From: Cenococcum geophilum
Taxonomy: Eukaryota
Direction: 5' to 3'
Length of the DNA stretch: 64,000 nucleotides
Assembly (NCBI GenBank): GCA_050273025.1
Contig: CP158635.1
Location: 12,090,001-12,154,000, forward strand
The notes under the pieces are model-generated. The model had not been told where the DNA came from. It was given only the letters and a program-made list of their open reading frames with translations, and did no database searches. A program made the position numbers and the translations under genes. Shown one piece after another: positions 47,389 through 61,560 of the stretch. How positions within the stretch are numbered: the first letter of the stretch is position 1; each line of letters starts with the position of its first letter.

Positions 47389-49057
47389 ATGTCATCCTGG
47401 ATATCCAGAGCCACGGCATCACATAATGCGCAGCTGGTCACCACGGCTGTAATTTCCGGTGTGGTTGTTGCAGGTGCCATTCTAGGTTTCCAAAAAGCAA
47501 GAAGGCAATATATGGTTGAGGACTTGAAGGCTTCTATTCCATCTATAAGTCAAGAGCACGTGGTAACTAGGGTAATTATCTGCTATTTCTTTCACGGATC
47601 ACAGAAGCTATATTGGCGACTAGTAATTGAAACTTGGTTTGACTGCATGGCTAACTTTCGAAATGAAGCTGACAAAATACGGTGCGGCTGCAGATATATT
47701 TGCACCCACTAAGGAAGACGAGCGAAGTGTGGCCCTTGCCGTGAGAGCTAGGCAGGGTGATTACGATAATGGTATAGCATTTACTTTTCAACCTATTTTA
47801 CCCTACTCCTATAGATTCTAACGACATTCCATAGATCTCATACTCGAGCAACTTGCCCGAAATCGAGTCTTCCTCACTGATGAAGGCCTTGCCAAACTCC
47901 GTTCCTCTTTCATTATCGTGGTTGGTTGTGGGGGCGTGGGATCTCACGCCACCGCAGCCCTCGCTCGCTCAGGGGTCTCAAAGATCCGCCTCATCGACTT
48001 TGACCAGGTTACTCTCTCTTCCCTGAACCGGCACGCAGTTGCCACTCTTGCAGACGTGGGTACGCCGAAGGTGCATTGCATTCGCAAGCGGCTTGAACAA
48101 ATTACGCCTTGGACGCACTTCGACTGCAGGAACGAGCTCTTCAATGAGGCTAGCGCAGAACGCCAATTATCTGCTTTGGATGGACACGAGCCTGACTACG
48201 TCATTGATGCCATCGACAATATTGACAGCAAAGTAGCATTGTTAAACTATTGCCACAAGCGCAGGGTCCGGGTGATCTCTTCAATGGGAGCAGGATGCAA
48301 ATCCGACCCTACCAGGATCCTCATAGGGGATATTTCAACGAGCACAGACGATCCGCTATCAAAATCTACAAGGCGACGACTCAGGGCCCTAGGAGTCAAA
48401 GATGGCATCCCGGTAGTCTTTTCGACCGAAAAAACTGGGCCCGGAAAAGCGCAGCTACTTCCTTTACCGGAAGACGAGTTCGCTAAAGGCAGCGTTGGTG
48501 AATTAGGAGTTCTTCCGGATTTTCGGGTTAGGATATTGCCCGTGTTAGGGACTATGCCTGCGATATTTGGACTTGCTGTCGCAAACCATGTTATTCTGGA
48601 TATTACAGGATATCCGCACGAGTACCTACCGTCAAAGGCACGGGACAAGATGTACGATGGTATTCTAGGCACTTTACAAGGTTTCGAAGAGCGGCTGGCG
48701 CGAGCGAGGGGCGAAGACACCCAGGGACTACGCATTCCCATTACGCACGACGACGTAGGTTATCTAATCGAAGAGGTCTATCATGGCCGCAGCGTCATTA
48801 GTGGCCTCTCCACTAGGCTGTGCTTAACTAGATGGAGAGCGCCTGAAGAGGGCTTTGTGGATAAGAGGACGCCCAGCCAGAAGAACTCCTTATTGCAAAT
48901 GAAAGATTTAGTTTGTATGACCAAGGAGGAAGCAGCCAAGCATGAAAAGGAAATTTTGAACGGAAAGAAGATGCCGGAAGATGTGTATGATGCCGGAACT
49001 ATAGAAGCGGTGAGAGAGAGAATGGAGGAAGAGGAGAGGTACGAGCGGTTCAGGTAA
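47389..49057 (+). CDS. TCD2: ThiF/E1-like tRNA threonylcarbamoyladenosine dehydratase (Tcd1/Tcd2 family)
   Basis: N-terminal TM, ILEQLARNRVF, VVGCGGVGSH, IDFDQVTLSSLNRH, IDAIDNID and DPLSKSTRRRL. Confidence 0.9.
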
Positions 49058-50559
49058 TGTATATATATGTACTCTTCTCTGCATAGGAAATAGCGACATG
49101 TACAAGTACAATACTCTCGCTCGACCCCTATGTTCTCGGACCTCGTAAATGTAATTCCCAATCTCTAGAAGATAAACTCTACCGTTGCCTTTTCTACAAA
49201 GTAAACCAAAGCTCAGATCATTTCCTGCAATCGAGCTTACCAGCAGAATGCAAATTTCCTTCTTTAATAATTGTAGTCCAGCCTAGCTAGGCTAACTATA
49301 AACCTACGGGGCCGCCGTGTCCAAGAGGGTACAGGCCAGTGCTGGGTGTGGGGGGACTAGGGTTCATGATATATAGAGATTTTCGGTGACTGTTTCGTCC
49401 AGTAAATAGGCAGTTCCAACCTGTCCCATTACTAAATTCAAACCCTAAGTTCACCGGAATAATATGTTATGATATCTCGCCACAAAATTGCCTTGTAGAG
49501 CCGTAAGGAATTGTATTAGCTATAAGAAGGGTATAGATCCTGGAAGGATGCTCTTCTTAGGACAATGTCTCGCGTAATATCAGCCGCTATATATGTTTTA
49601 CGAATGGTTAACTGTCACCAATGCCCATGCAAGGGAGCAGTTTCTCGAAGCTGCTGTGTGGCATTCGATCGGCACAAAAACCAAAGGCTTCATGTCGGGT
49701 ATCTGGAGGCCCAAGCCAAAGGAATGGGAGGAAATTGCGAATAGGTCAAAGGCGCTGTGAAATCCTATTATGGTTTTGAGTGCGTTGGAATAGTTCCAAA
49801 GTCTCAGTATTTCTCCCGATGAATCCGTGGCGCGGCAACATATTGTGAGGCCTACTAAATTTATTTTTAACAACAATAGTTAGCCAAGATCATTGCAGAA
49901 ACAAGGAAAGTATTAGCGCATAGGATAAGATAGTCTTCTTCTTTACCGCAGTAACTCTGTGTCCTGGGACACTGGTATCCATTTTCGGGTGGTTTACTCT
50001 GTTTTAAGCAGCGCTTGTCCCATGCGCTAAGCCCTAAGCAATATATCTCCCCCATTAAAACCTTTAACCTTATATATTTCTATATTTAATTACCTATTAC
50101 TAGTATAGCCCTATATTCCTAATTCTGAAAATGGGCTATCTATTATCCTACTAAATTATAATTAGTGCTTCACCTATTATATAGGATATATCTAGTAAAA
50201 GGGCTAAAGTAGTAAAGAAAAATCATTTACCTTTAATAATAAATAATATAAATAAGATTTTAATTTAATAGACAAGGTAAAGGTCTTTTAATTTAAAATA
50301 AAATTCTATAGCTTACTCTTTAGATTCTATAAGAATATTAAAAAATATCCTATTTAACTTATTAGAAATACCTTAAATAATAATATAAAGCTTTTTTTTT
50401 TTTAAATAAATTTTAGATAATTATTTATTATAGAAAAAGTTTAGTATTTTTTGGAAATTTAAATATTAAAGGTAACTGTATAATTACAGCAGCTGGTATA
50501 CCAAACGCGTATCTACGCGTTTGGTGTACCAACTACTCGCTTATAACTAATTAGGGGGG

Positions 50560-53500
50560 AGGGCGCGTTAGTATATAGACTACGTAGTCTACCTCAATAG
50601 AATTAAAAAGTCACCACCATCTAAAAGAGCATACGATACTATACGTATTTTGTGCCCCTGGATATAACTTACTTATATTATTAAGTTGATACAAATACTG
50701 ATTAGTGAGCGCGCATAGATCAGCAATTACTTGATACCTCCCCTGAGCGATACACGACAGCGACTACCCGTTTAATCCTAGTACGACCTACTAGAAGGTC
50801 GGAAGTTGGGGATTACGGACTATATCACCATCTCTATATACTTATTTAAGTCTTAGTACGGTTTACTAGAAGTTTATAAACGCGAATATAGACCTTTATG
50901 GAACCTCTTACCCTCCTATAAACTATTATGGACCTATTAATTGCCTTTACGGACCGTTATAAGACTTTATAGAACCCCCTGCCCTCCTATAAACTATTAC
51001 GGACCTATTAATTGCCTTTATAGACCATTATAAGACCTCTTAAACTATTACGGACCCGTTAATTGATTTTACGGACCGTTATAAGACCTCCTCTACCCGC
51101 TATAAGCTACTACTACCCGTTATAGCTTATATAGATATACTACGCTATATAATATAGTAGATATAAGCAAGCAAATTAATAAAGGTTAAAAGAAGTGGAG
51201 TTAGGGAGTCGACCTTACGTCTATAAACGGCGTTAATAACTATATTAATTTTAAAATCCTTAAATACGGACACTTTAAGCTTCTAAATAATAATCTATGG
51301 GAATAATATAAGGAAGACTTTGCGGACTTTACGGAAGCTATCTTTAAGACTTATAACCTTATAGCTACCTATAACCTATAAACCCTTCTACACAACTAAG
51401 GTGTATAGGTTAAAAAGGATAGGTAAGTTACTATTGCATGGTCTCTGTACAATATATTATATAAGGAGGACTAAACGGACTAGACTAAAGAGTAGATCCT
51501 AGACTATATTAAAACTAGTAAACTCTTTACCTTTTTTAAACTTAATAGGATCTTTAGTCTTATTAATAACCTATTTAACTAAATTCGTCCTATAGACTAA
51601 AGAGATCTTAAAATTAATCTTATAGGCTAAAGTATACCTAGTACCTAAGTTATAGACTATAATACCCCCGTAAACCAAAATATGGACTAAAACCCTTCTA
51701 TTACTTAAGTTATAGATCCGTAAACTACCTAAGTAAAGACCTATAGTAAGGAGCTAGCTAACCTAGCTAAGCTCTATACTAACAAATCTAAGTATAGCGG
51801 TGAAAACGATAATTTTAACTTTAAACTAACTATTTTTACGGACCTTTGCTAGAAGGCTGATATTCCTAAATAGGAGTTTAGCTAAGCCTACTCTACTATA
51901 CTACGTGGCCTAGCCCTTAACTACTATTATACTAACCTTAAGAGTAAACCCCTTAGTGCTCCCTTTAATAAGCTATGCGAGGCTATATATAACTACTTTA
52001 AAGGGCCAGAATATAAGCGTAATATTCTTACCTAATAGAATGTAATTAAGTTATAGATTATAATTGACAAGAATACCGAAAAATTGACTATAGAGTGCCT
52101 GTAAATTCTTATTAAAGACCTTTAATACCTATAGCACGGCCTTAATATTAAGCTTTAAATAGACGACTTTCTATATAATAAACTTATTACAGCTTACCAG
52201 GAAGTAAAGCCCTGTAAGTACGCCTATTATAAGCCTATAGACACCTTAACTGGCCTTATTCACGATTTATGGTCCTTTATTATAATATACAAAGTTTTAA
52301 ACCCGCTAGGTAGTACTTAAGCCTTTATTATAGACCTATAAAACCTATAAACTAACTTAGATGCCTACTTTACGGACCGCCGCTATTGCTAGCAGTACCT
52401 ATACTAACTAAGTCCTACCTATAACCCCCGTAGTAACTTCTATATAAAAGCATACCCCTATAAACGAACTAGCTAGAAGTGCTTTATATGCAGTAAGAAA
52501 GAATATTAGTTTATAAGGTATACCTAGGAAGAACATAATAAGTCTAAGAAGAGATTTAATAATTGGATTAATTAGTTTATTTTAGACTATAAAGGAAAGG
52601 AAGTAAAGGAGTCTCTTAACGAGTTAATGGAAGCCCTTATAATTAACTTTAACTTAAATACTTAGGAATAGGAGACCTTAGAGATGTTCTTAACTACTTT
52701 TAGACCTTTTACGGATAGCTAAGCCTTTAATATTATAACCGTATTAGCTAACCGCTCCTTTATATACTTAATTGCACCTAAAAACTAGCCTATAAGTATA
52801 CCTATTAGACCTATTATAGACGTTATAGACCGCGAATAGGACTTATTTGCATATATTACTATAGAATGCTATACCCCTAAAGAATTCTATAGCGTTATAA
52901 TTAATATAGGTGCCTCTAAGAAGTCTACTATAGGTTATAGATAATACCTTATATATAAGACCACTATAAATAATAATACGGATATTGATACTATGCAAAC
53001 TAGAGCTGTAAACGTCTAATTCGGCATCGGCTTAACTATATTAATTAGATTAGTTACAGCTAAGACTCTAATTGGCCTAGTTAACTTCTATATAGTAAAA
53101 GCAGATACCCCTTTTCTACTTTGCCTTATAGATATGGATAAGTTATAGGTTTACTATAACAATATTATAGACACCTTAATTAGCCCTGTAACTGCCCTAG
53201 GAAGTAAGTATATTACCTTACTAATTACGTGACGATTCGGACACCCATTCCTTATATAGGGAGAGACTTTATAGACCTATATTTAGGGATCTTTTAACTA
53301 TAACCCGTGCTACCTTACCAGTACTAAAATCTATCGCCTATACCGCTGTTTTGGCTACTTATTAGCCGAAAAGCTGTATAGAGTCCTTAAACGCTCTGGA
53401 CATGATGACGTTAATAGAAAGGTAATTAACTACCTAACTAAATACTGCTCCTTCTGCTAGAAATACGGACGTTCCCTATGCCGATTTAAGTTTACTCTTT

Positions 53501-54594
53501 ATAAAGACCTTAATTTTAACTACTTAGTATATATAGACATTATATACATTAATAGCAGCCTAGTATTATATATAATTGACGAGGTAACCCGCTATTAAGC
53601 CGCCCGTTGGTTATAAAACATATCTATAAAATATACTTAGGATATTTTACGGACCTGCTAGATTGATATATACGTTGGACCCCCTAAGTATATTACCTAT
53701 AACGCTAGTAGGAACTTTATTAGCAAGGAATTCTAATAGCATGCTATGGCTATAGCTATTTTAATAAAAGCCGTTCTAGTTAAGGCGTATTAGTCCATTA
53801 GGCTTATTAAGCAAGCTTACCTAGCTTTATAAAGAGCTTACTAGATTATTATGGACGAGTGTAAGGATATTTAAAAGGAACTAGCTTTATAGATAGCTGT
53901 AAAAGCTATTAATAATACCGCTGGCCCTAATGGACTAGTATTTACCCTCTTAGTTTATAGAGCCTACCTAAGGATAAGCAACCTAGGCCCTCTTACCCCG
54001 TCTATTATAGAACGAGTAGCTGTAATACGGAAAGTAATAGCCGAAATAGTTAAATTACGGGCTAAATAAGCTGTTAATAGCGCCCTATATTACTGTAACG
54101 GACCTAATACAACCTTAGTTTATAACCTCCTGCTTAATTCTAAAGTCCTTATATAGCGTAAGAGCGGCAATTAGACTGGACCTTATTGTTTACTAGCTGT
54201 AGAAGACGAAACGTGCTATATATAACTTTCTAGCAAACTAACTAGCTTTAGAAGCACGTCCATAAAACCCTATTTTTAGTTTAAAAATACCTATACTATT
54301 AAACTAGACGAACTAGAAGCACCTACTAAACTAGATAAACTAGAAGCACCTCTACCTACTCTAGAAGTCCCTTAAAAACCCACTAAACCTACTAAACCTG
54401 CTGTAAAGCATAGTTAAGGACGCCCCTAAAAGCACCATATAACTAAGAACCCTATAATAGAAAATCACTTAACCTTCGCAAGTATATTTATAAGGCAACC
54501 TCCGCCTATAGATATATTAGTTTTAGTATAGGAAAACCCTTTTACGGACTTAAGACGTAAAGAGATTAACGGACTACTTAAAAAGGGCGTCTTT
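50560..54594 (+). mobile_element. Ty1/Copia-type LTR retrotransposon, 5' part (gag, protease, integrase), RIP'd and interrupted at the start of RT
   Basis: KYSGENDNFNFKLTIFTDLC (gag), zinc knuckle KCFICSK, protease-like VIINIGAS (from IDTGAS) and integrase RNFISKEF. Ends KEINGLLKKGVF, so the order is IN before RT. The left boundary is approximate. Confidence 0.8.
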
Positions 54595-57500
54595 TATAAC
54601 GGAACCTTATAGCAAGAACTACGGTGGGCTCGTTAATAGGCTAGGTGTGTAGGAAATGCAAAGACAGTAGTTAACAACGTAATAACAACTAGTGGAGTGG
54701 TTGCCTAATAGATTAACTCCAATTATATTCTAAGAATTACTATAAGGAAGGAACTATCTAGGTAGGGACTAAGGGTCCTTAAATACACAACCGTACTCCT
54801 ATAAAATCCTTCTTATATGTGATATACGTCTTATATATAAGGTATATAAGTTCCTCTTATTCCTCTTATTTAATATGTAGCATATTATATAACCTTAGTT
54901 ACCATTCCTTATTATATAGTTCTACCGGTTCCATCTTAGACTGTGCCTAAATTAACTAACTAGCTTCTTCCAACTCCTCTCTTAGTAGTTATAATATTAT
55001 ACTTAAAGCGTCCGTAATACTATTTCCCTCCTCTTTATCTTTATCCTTAAAGATTTAAAACATCTCTAAGTTATTTACTAGAGGTATAATATCCGTCTAA
55101 TTAATTTAGTTAATATTGTTACTTATTATACCTAAAGCACTTTCTTCTTTATATGCCCAACGTCGTGCCCGCACTATTACTGCGATATTATTTCTTAGTG
55201 AGATTATACCGTCTCCGTATTCTTATTGTGCGAAAAAGGGGTTAGTTTATATTACATTAATAAGCCCTTCCTTATAATAACCATCCTCTTACTTAAAGTG
55301 TACTAAAGCGAATATTTGTTTGTTCTGTGACGTTCGCTTTACCTTTAATGCTAAATATACGCGACCTATTACTCTTAATAGTCGTCTAGTTCCCTAATTA
55401 ATTTGTCTTAGGGTCTTATATTTAATCTGCTGCTGCACGGCTAGATAGTAAACTATCTTAAGCCCTTACTAAGTTAGAATGTTCTTAAGATACGGAATAG
55501 AAGGCTCTAGATACTCGCATCGCGGCGTTTACTTAATTACTTCGCCTTAAAAAGGTCCGTAAGAAGGTTTGTTTTAAGGAGTGGAAACTTATAAAATAAG
55601 GTCTTTAGGAACTAGGTAATAAGAGAACTAACTTTCCTCTTATAGTAAAGGGAATAACTTTAAGTAGTTTGGCAGTCGCTCTTTCTAGGTCCCCCTTAGG
55701 TAACTTATTCTTTAATACTCCTTCCTTATTAATATTGCCTAACCTATTTTCTTTTAATACTCCTATACCTTTCCTATAGCGTTCTTTAAATTCTTTAGTA
55801 GTTCCTAGGTAGTCTTATTATAGCCTATCCACTTTACTTTATACTATATTTTATTATTAACATCCTTATAACTAACGATCTTTAAAACTTACTATTTATC
55901 CTTTTCTTATCCTTTATATGTGTCTGCTTTATAGACTGGTGGCTTAATATCTCTATATACTAGCTCTAGCATTGCAATATGCTATATAGGGTAGATTTTT
56001 ATTTTAGCTAGTAGGTTTAACTTAAATATAACTAGTAAAATCCTTTGCGTGATTTTAAAAGGTCCTAGTCTAACGTAGTCTAACTTTTTACTTAGTTGTT
56101 GACTCTTAAAATTTTTGTATAGTAGCTATACTTTATCTCCCTCCTTAAGATCTGGTCCCTTAGATCTCTTAGTATCATAGTACTTCTTTATTCTTTACTA
56201 TACTATCTTAGCTATTTCTATAAGGTTCGTATAAAGATTTATTAAAGTCTCTATCCTTTACTTAGCTCTACTACTCGTTTTCTTTACTTATTATAGCGAT
56301 AATAAGGTTCTTAGCTTATATCCGTAATTTATTTTAAATAGTAACATACCTATTCCTTCTTATGGTGTTGCATTATATATAAACTATATAATTAGTAATA
56401 GTAATACCTAATTGTTCTGTGTATGATTAATATAATGCCTTAGATACTGCTCTAGTGTCTAATTTAATCTTTCCGTTTGACCGTCTATCTGTGGATAATA
56501 TGCGGTAGAAGTTACTGCTCGAACTCCTTACTCTGCTAAGAATACTTCTTAGAATGCTGCTACGAATCTTAAATCTCTATCCGATATAATTTTGTTTAGT
56601 GCTCTATATCTTATAAACACTTCTTTAATATAGATTCTAGTAACATCTTCTGCTAAGATTTCTTCCGTATATGCTATAAAGTATCCCTACTTTATAAGCT
56701 TATCTACTATTACTAAAATTACGTTATAATCTTATTTAGTAATAGGATCTCTTAACTTTGGCAACTTAATAATAAAGTCCTATAATATAACCTCCTATAG
56801 TCTCTCTGGTATTTTAATAGGTTATAGCCCTCTATATGGCTTATACCTTATTAGTTTATTTCTTTAGCAATTTAAACACTCTTTAGTGACCTTCTTAGCT
56901 ATTCTTTAAATTCCGTCAATAATATACTCCTCCTAGAGTCTTAACACTAAGCTTATAGCTCTATTATATTCTTAAGTTAGTCCCTTATAGAAGTCTTCCA
57001 CGAACTCCTCTGCTATGCTTTTTAGGATATACCTTACTTCTTGGTTTTTGTATATCTCTATCTGTAGATCTTCTAGCTATACTTCTAGAATCCTTTATGC
57101 CTAAAAGCTTTCTAGTATCTTGTAGACTTTTTCTAATTCTTTCTCTTAAGTTGCTATAATCTTTAGATGATTATACCTAATTAATCTATCTATATCTTTT
57201 CGCAATAAAGCCTCTAATAGCTTTTTATTGTTTTATAGTTTAGCTTTTCTGCTTAGAGCATCTGCTCGTGTATTCTCTGTACCCTTAGTATACTAAATCT
57301 TAAAATAGTATTCTGCAAGTATCTCCGCCTATTTAACCTATCTTTAGTTAAGTTTCTTTATTATTAGGAATCCCGTTAGGTTTTTATAATCCGTTTTAAC
57401 TATAAATAGTTTCTCTATACCTTATAAGAATGCTCTTTATTCCTTTAGTACTATAACTATTCCTAGTAACTCCTTATTATAGATATTATAGTTTAGTTCT

Positions 57501-57951
57501 GGTAGTATTATCTTCCGACTATAGTATACCACTAGGTGCCATCTATCTGGATGCTTTTATATAAAATATGCTCCTAGTATAAAGTCTAATATATCTATTT
57601 CTACAACTGTCTTTAGTCCTAGTTAATAGATCTTAAGAACTGGCTCCTAGGTAAACAATTCTTTAATCTTCCTAAAGAGTTCCTACTATTTCTCTCTCTA
57701 TACCTATAGTTCTTCTTTTTTTATTAATCTTATAAACGGCTTAATGTCCTTTAACTATTAAGCTATAAACCTTCTACAGTAATTGCAGAACCCTAGAAAT
57801 GACCTTAGCTACATTACATTTTCTGGTTCTTACCAATTTACTATAGCCTTAATTTTCTTTAGATCTATGCTAAGTTAGCCTGGTTTAATAATAAATCTAA
57901 CAAAATTGGTCTTCCTAGTGAAGAACTTGTATTTCTTAATTACTACCAGCA
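54595..57951 (-). mobile_element. Ty3/Gypsy retrotransposon 3' half (RT end, RNase H, integrase, 3' LTR 54595-55019) nested in the Copia
   Basis: LTR TATAACGG...CCGTAATA (RIP'd TG..CA) with a purine tract on the minus strand at ~55020-55035. Minus-strand SFLGFCNYCRRFI, KELLGIV, NTRADALSR and YYPQIDGQTER motifs. Confidence 0.85.
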
Positions 57952-60093
57952 TATCACGAAGTGAGTATAAGCGACGATAATATATAGTAAGGTAGATATT
58001 ATTAAGCTATATACATAAACTGTATAAGGAGGTCAAGACGTTACGTAAGGAAAGAAGGTAGGAAAACGGGAAGAAAGGGCATATATTGTTAACTTAGTTG
58101 CTTAGTTAACACGTGCATAGGCAAAATAGGGTTTAGGTCGTGGTCCTAGCAGAACTTAACAGAATTTGGTAGAACTTAGCAGAATATAGCAGAATGCCGT
58201 AAATTGCCGTTAGATTGCTATTAGATTGCCATTAAATTGCCATTTCACGGTTAGTCTCTAATTGCTAAGTTGGTAGAAATAGGTAAACGTATATAAGGTA
58301 TTACGGGGGTATCCCGTAACAGTACCCCCCCTTTAAACTTAAGCTTCTGCGAGATAGGGCTGTAGTAGTTCTAGGTAAAGTTTGTAAAAGTCTTCTGCGG
58401 CTTATATAAGTCCTATAGAGTTAACGGGTTCCTATAAGGACTTAGTAAAGCCTCTCCATTTTATAAGATATATATATTAGCGTTTTTATTTATTATACTT
58501 AATATTATTAATTCTTTTAATAAAGTACTCGTTCTTACTATCTACTTTAACTAGTAGGGGAGGGTCTTATATCTATCTAGGTAGGGCGTCTAATACGGGG
58601 GTAGTAGGGTGGAGGACTGACGTATAGAATATAGGGTAGATTTTAACTGTATTAGGGAGCTTTAGTTAGTAGGCATAAGGAGAGATAACCTTTTTAACCT
58701 TATAAGGGCCAGCGTTCTTCTAATTAAGTTTCTTAGTAGGTTATTTCGTATTTAGATTTCTTATATCTAGCCAAATAAAATCGCCAATTTAGTAGGCCGG
58801 TGCTGGGGTTTGTTTCTTATTCGCTGCGGCTTTATAGACAGATTAAGCTCATATTATCTTATTAGTAAGGAACTGTTATAGTTCCTCTATCTTCTTTATA
58901 AATTTATTTACTTCTACAACTTATAAGGCGTAATAAGTAGGGTAAGAAACATTACTAAAGGGTTTAAAACTTATTTGTGGGTGCTAGCCGTAATTAGCTA
59001 GAAACGGGGAGACTTTTATAGTTTCTAAGACGGAATTATTTATAGTAAACTCGGCGAATATAAGCCAGTTAATTTAGTTATCCTATAAATACGACGTGTA
59101 TATCTAAATATACTATTCCATTATAGTATTTACGCGTTCCGTTTGGCTATCCGTTTCTAGGTAATATATAGTAGACAATAGTGCTTTAATGCGGAGTTAA
59201 GTAGTTAGTTCTTTCTAGAATGCTAAGATAAACTAGCTGCCTTTATCGGAGATAATTATTTTAGGGAGTCCGTAGAGTTTCCATACGTAATCTAGAAATA
59301 GTTAGGTAATAGTAGGCGTTAATATATTAGGGCAGGCGATTAAGTGTCTTATTTTAGATAGTTGGTCTATAACTACCATAATATTTATACAGCCTCTACT
59401 ATTAGGAAGGTCAATAATAAAGTTAATTAAGATATCCTTCTATCTTTGGTTTAGAATAGGTAGTGGCTTTAAAAGACCGTTATATATCTTATACGAGGCT
59501 TTAGCTCATTAGTAGGTATAGTAGCTAGAGACGTACCTTCGTATTATATTATACATATTCGGCTAATAATACTCCTATTAGAGTAGTTCTAGGGTCTTTT
59601 CTTAGCCTAGGTGGCTAGTAATAGGTAGATTATATATATGTTTAAGGAGTTTAAGCTTAAGCTTATTATAATTAGGGATAACTAGACGGTTCTAGTAATA
59701 TAAGCGGTTTCCACAGGCTTCGCATTTACTTAAAAAAATCTTTTTAGAGCGTTTAATACCATCTTATATTAGCTTAAGCGTCTCTTAAATAAACTTGTTA
59801 TTTAAATATTCGTTAACTATAATCTATTTAATTAATTAATTAGTTATTTTAAGGACGTGTACCATAAGATCTTTAATGGGAGGGTTAAATAGTTTAGGGC
59901 GAAGCAGGGTCTGATTTTAGTAAGAGTGCGCTTCTTCTAGGGCTAGCGCGTCTTGCGAGCGTTAGGTTAGGGCATTAGGCTTCTAACCTTAGACGCCTAG
60001 GTAGTATATAATTAAGAATCGGAAACGAGATAGATATTCTAACCAGCGGGCCTAACGATAACTTAGCTGTTTTGTGGTTGTGAAGTACTATAG

Positions 60094-61560
60094 CTCTACG
60101 TAGCCGAAATAAGTGTCGGTTTGGGGCACGTGCGCACCCACCAAAATCATAGTTCACGATCACAATACCATAATACAGCCAAATCAATTCAATATCGAGT
60201 CATCTGCCCGTCAGCCCTAATGCACTCATGTAGGCGCTTCGTGTACCAGCTGTACATCTCTGCAATCTTCTCCTGATCCACTTGGTTCTCCTAAACATCT
60301 ATAAAACGCTCTAATGCTGTGTCCTCTTCCACGCGCTTTGAATGGAATTTCTTCTTAATAGGATGGGCTAAGGACTCTATAATTGATAGATCTAGTGATA
60401 AACCAGGCAATGTTAGAAGCTTTAAGTCCCATTCCTTTACCCAGGCTAAAGACTCCCTTGATTTATGCGCTGAATCTGCATCCTGGCATAAAGTAATTCC
60501 CTTAATATTAAACTTTAAAAGAAGCTATGGTAACACCTGCTTGGTATAGGCTTTTAAATTTATCTTACCCACCTGGTTATCCACCTTATATAAGAAGAAC
60601 TTTTTTTAGGTCCTGCTAATAACAATAAAGACATTAAACAGTTTAAGATACTTCTTCTCTTAGGCCTTCTCCTTTTCATCCTTTTTAGTAACCCCCTTCT
60701 TCCTATAAATATTCTGTGGTAAATAGCGGTAAAGATTACTACTTCTTCTCTTAATTCTATGGGTTTCTTCTACACCTAAACTAAAGTGATATTTATTATA
60801 AAAAGCAATATTATTCCAGTCTTTAGGATAGGGTCTTTTTTCTAGCTATAAATAGTACCAATTCTTTCTTCTATCTGCCTGCTCCTAGTTAAGCCACTTC
60901 TCTTCTTCTATCTTTGCATTAATATACCCTTTATCCTTTTTTATGGCTCTTTAAATTAGCTTATTTCCAAGAGGTTAGCAACCTGTTCTTTAAGTTGGAA
61001 CCATTAGAAGATCTTTATAATTTAGGGCCTTTTAAACAATAGTCTGCTATAGGGCTAATTTTGAGTCTTAATTGAGATTGGGGTCGTCTAAATACACGGC
61101 AATAGCGTGGGTATCTTCCTTTGTAAGAGCTCGATTTCTCCCTCTTATTTCTAGCCTAAAATTATATATAGTTCTGCATTGCTTTAAGGCCACAATACGT
61201 TGCTAAGAGTGCTCTATAATTCCAGTAGCCTGCTATATAATAGCCGGAGGAATGGCCTTGCCTAGTAATTGGCCAAAGATTTTGGCGTAGAGAACTCCTA
61301 TGCGTGGAGGAGTCTTTAGATGCTTATTTTCCCCAGCATTATAGTATAATTCTGGGGGTGGGGTAAAGTGTTTTGCCCGTATTTTTTAGGATGCAGGCTC
61401 CTTGGTAACTTGGGTTATAATTAGTAATTGCAGCGAACGAATTTGGGTGCGAAATGGTGGTGTTGTAAGGTTTGTTATGATTGTGAGGCATGCTCAGGGG
61501 GCTTTGTTTGGGTGGGGCGCGCACGTGCCCCAAACCGACACTTATTTCGGCTACGTAGAG
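60094..61560 (-). mobile_element. Tc1/mariner (IS630-Tc1, DDE) DNA transposon with ~40-bp TIRs, inserted in the Gypsy RNase H
   Basis: Perfect TIR CTCTACGTAGCCGAAATAAGTGTCGGTTTGGGGCACGTGCGC. Relic CDS ~61339-60189 has LCQDADSAHKS and LPGLSLDLSIIE (SPDLNPIE-like) and ends DGQMTRY*. Confidence 0.9.

Noticed and set aside
42776..49057. NUC1-TIM13-TCD as a functional mitochondrial gene cluster
   Set aside because: Unrelated pathways with an ER-Golgi lectin in between; ordinary microsynteny suffices.
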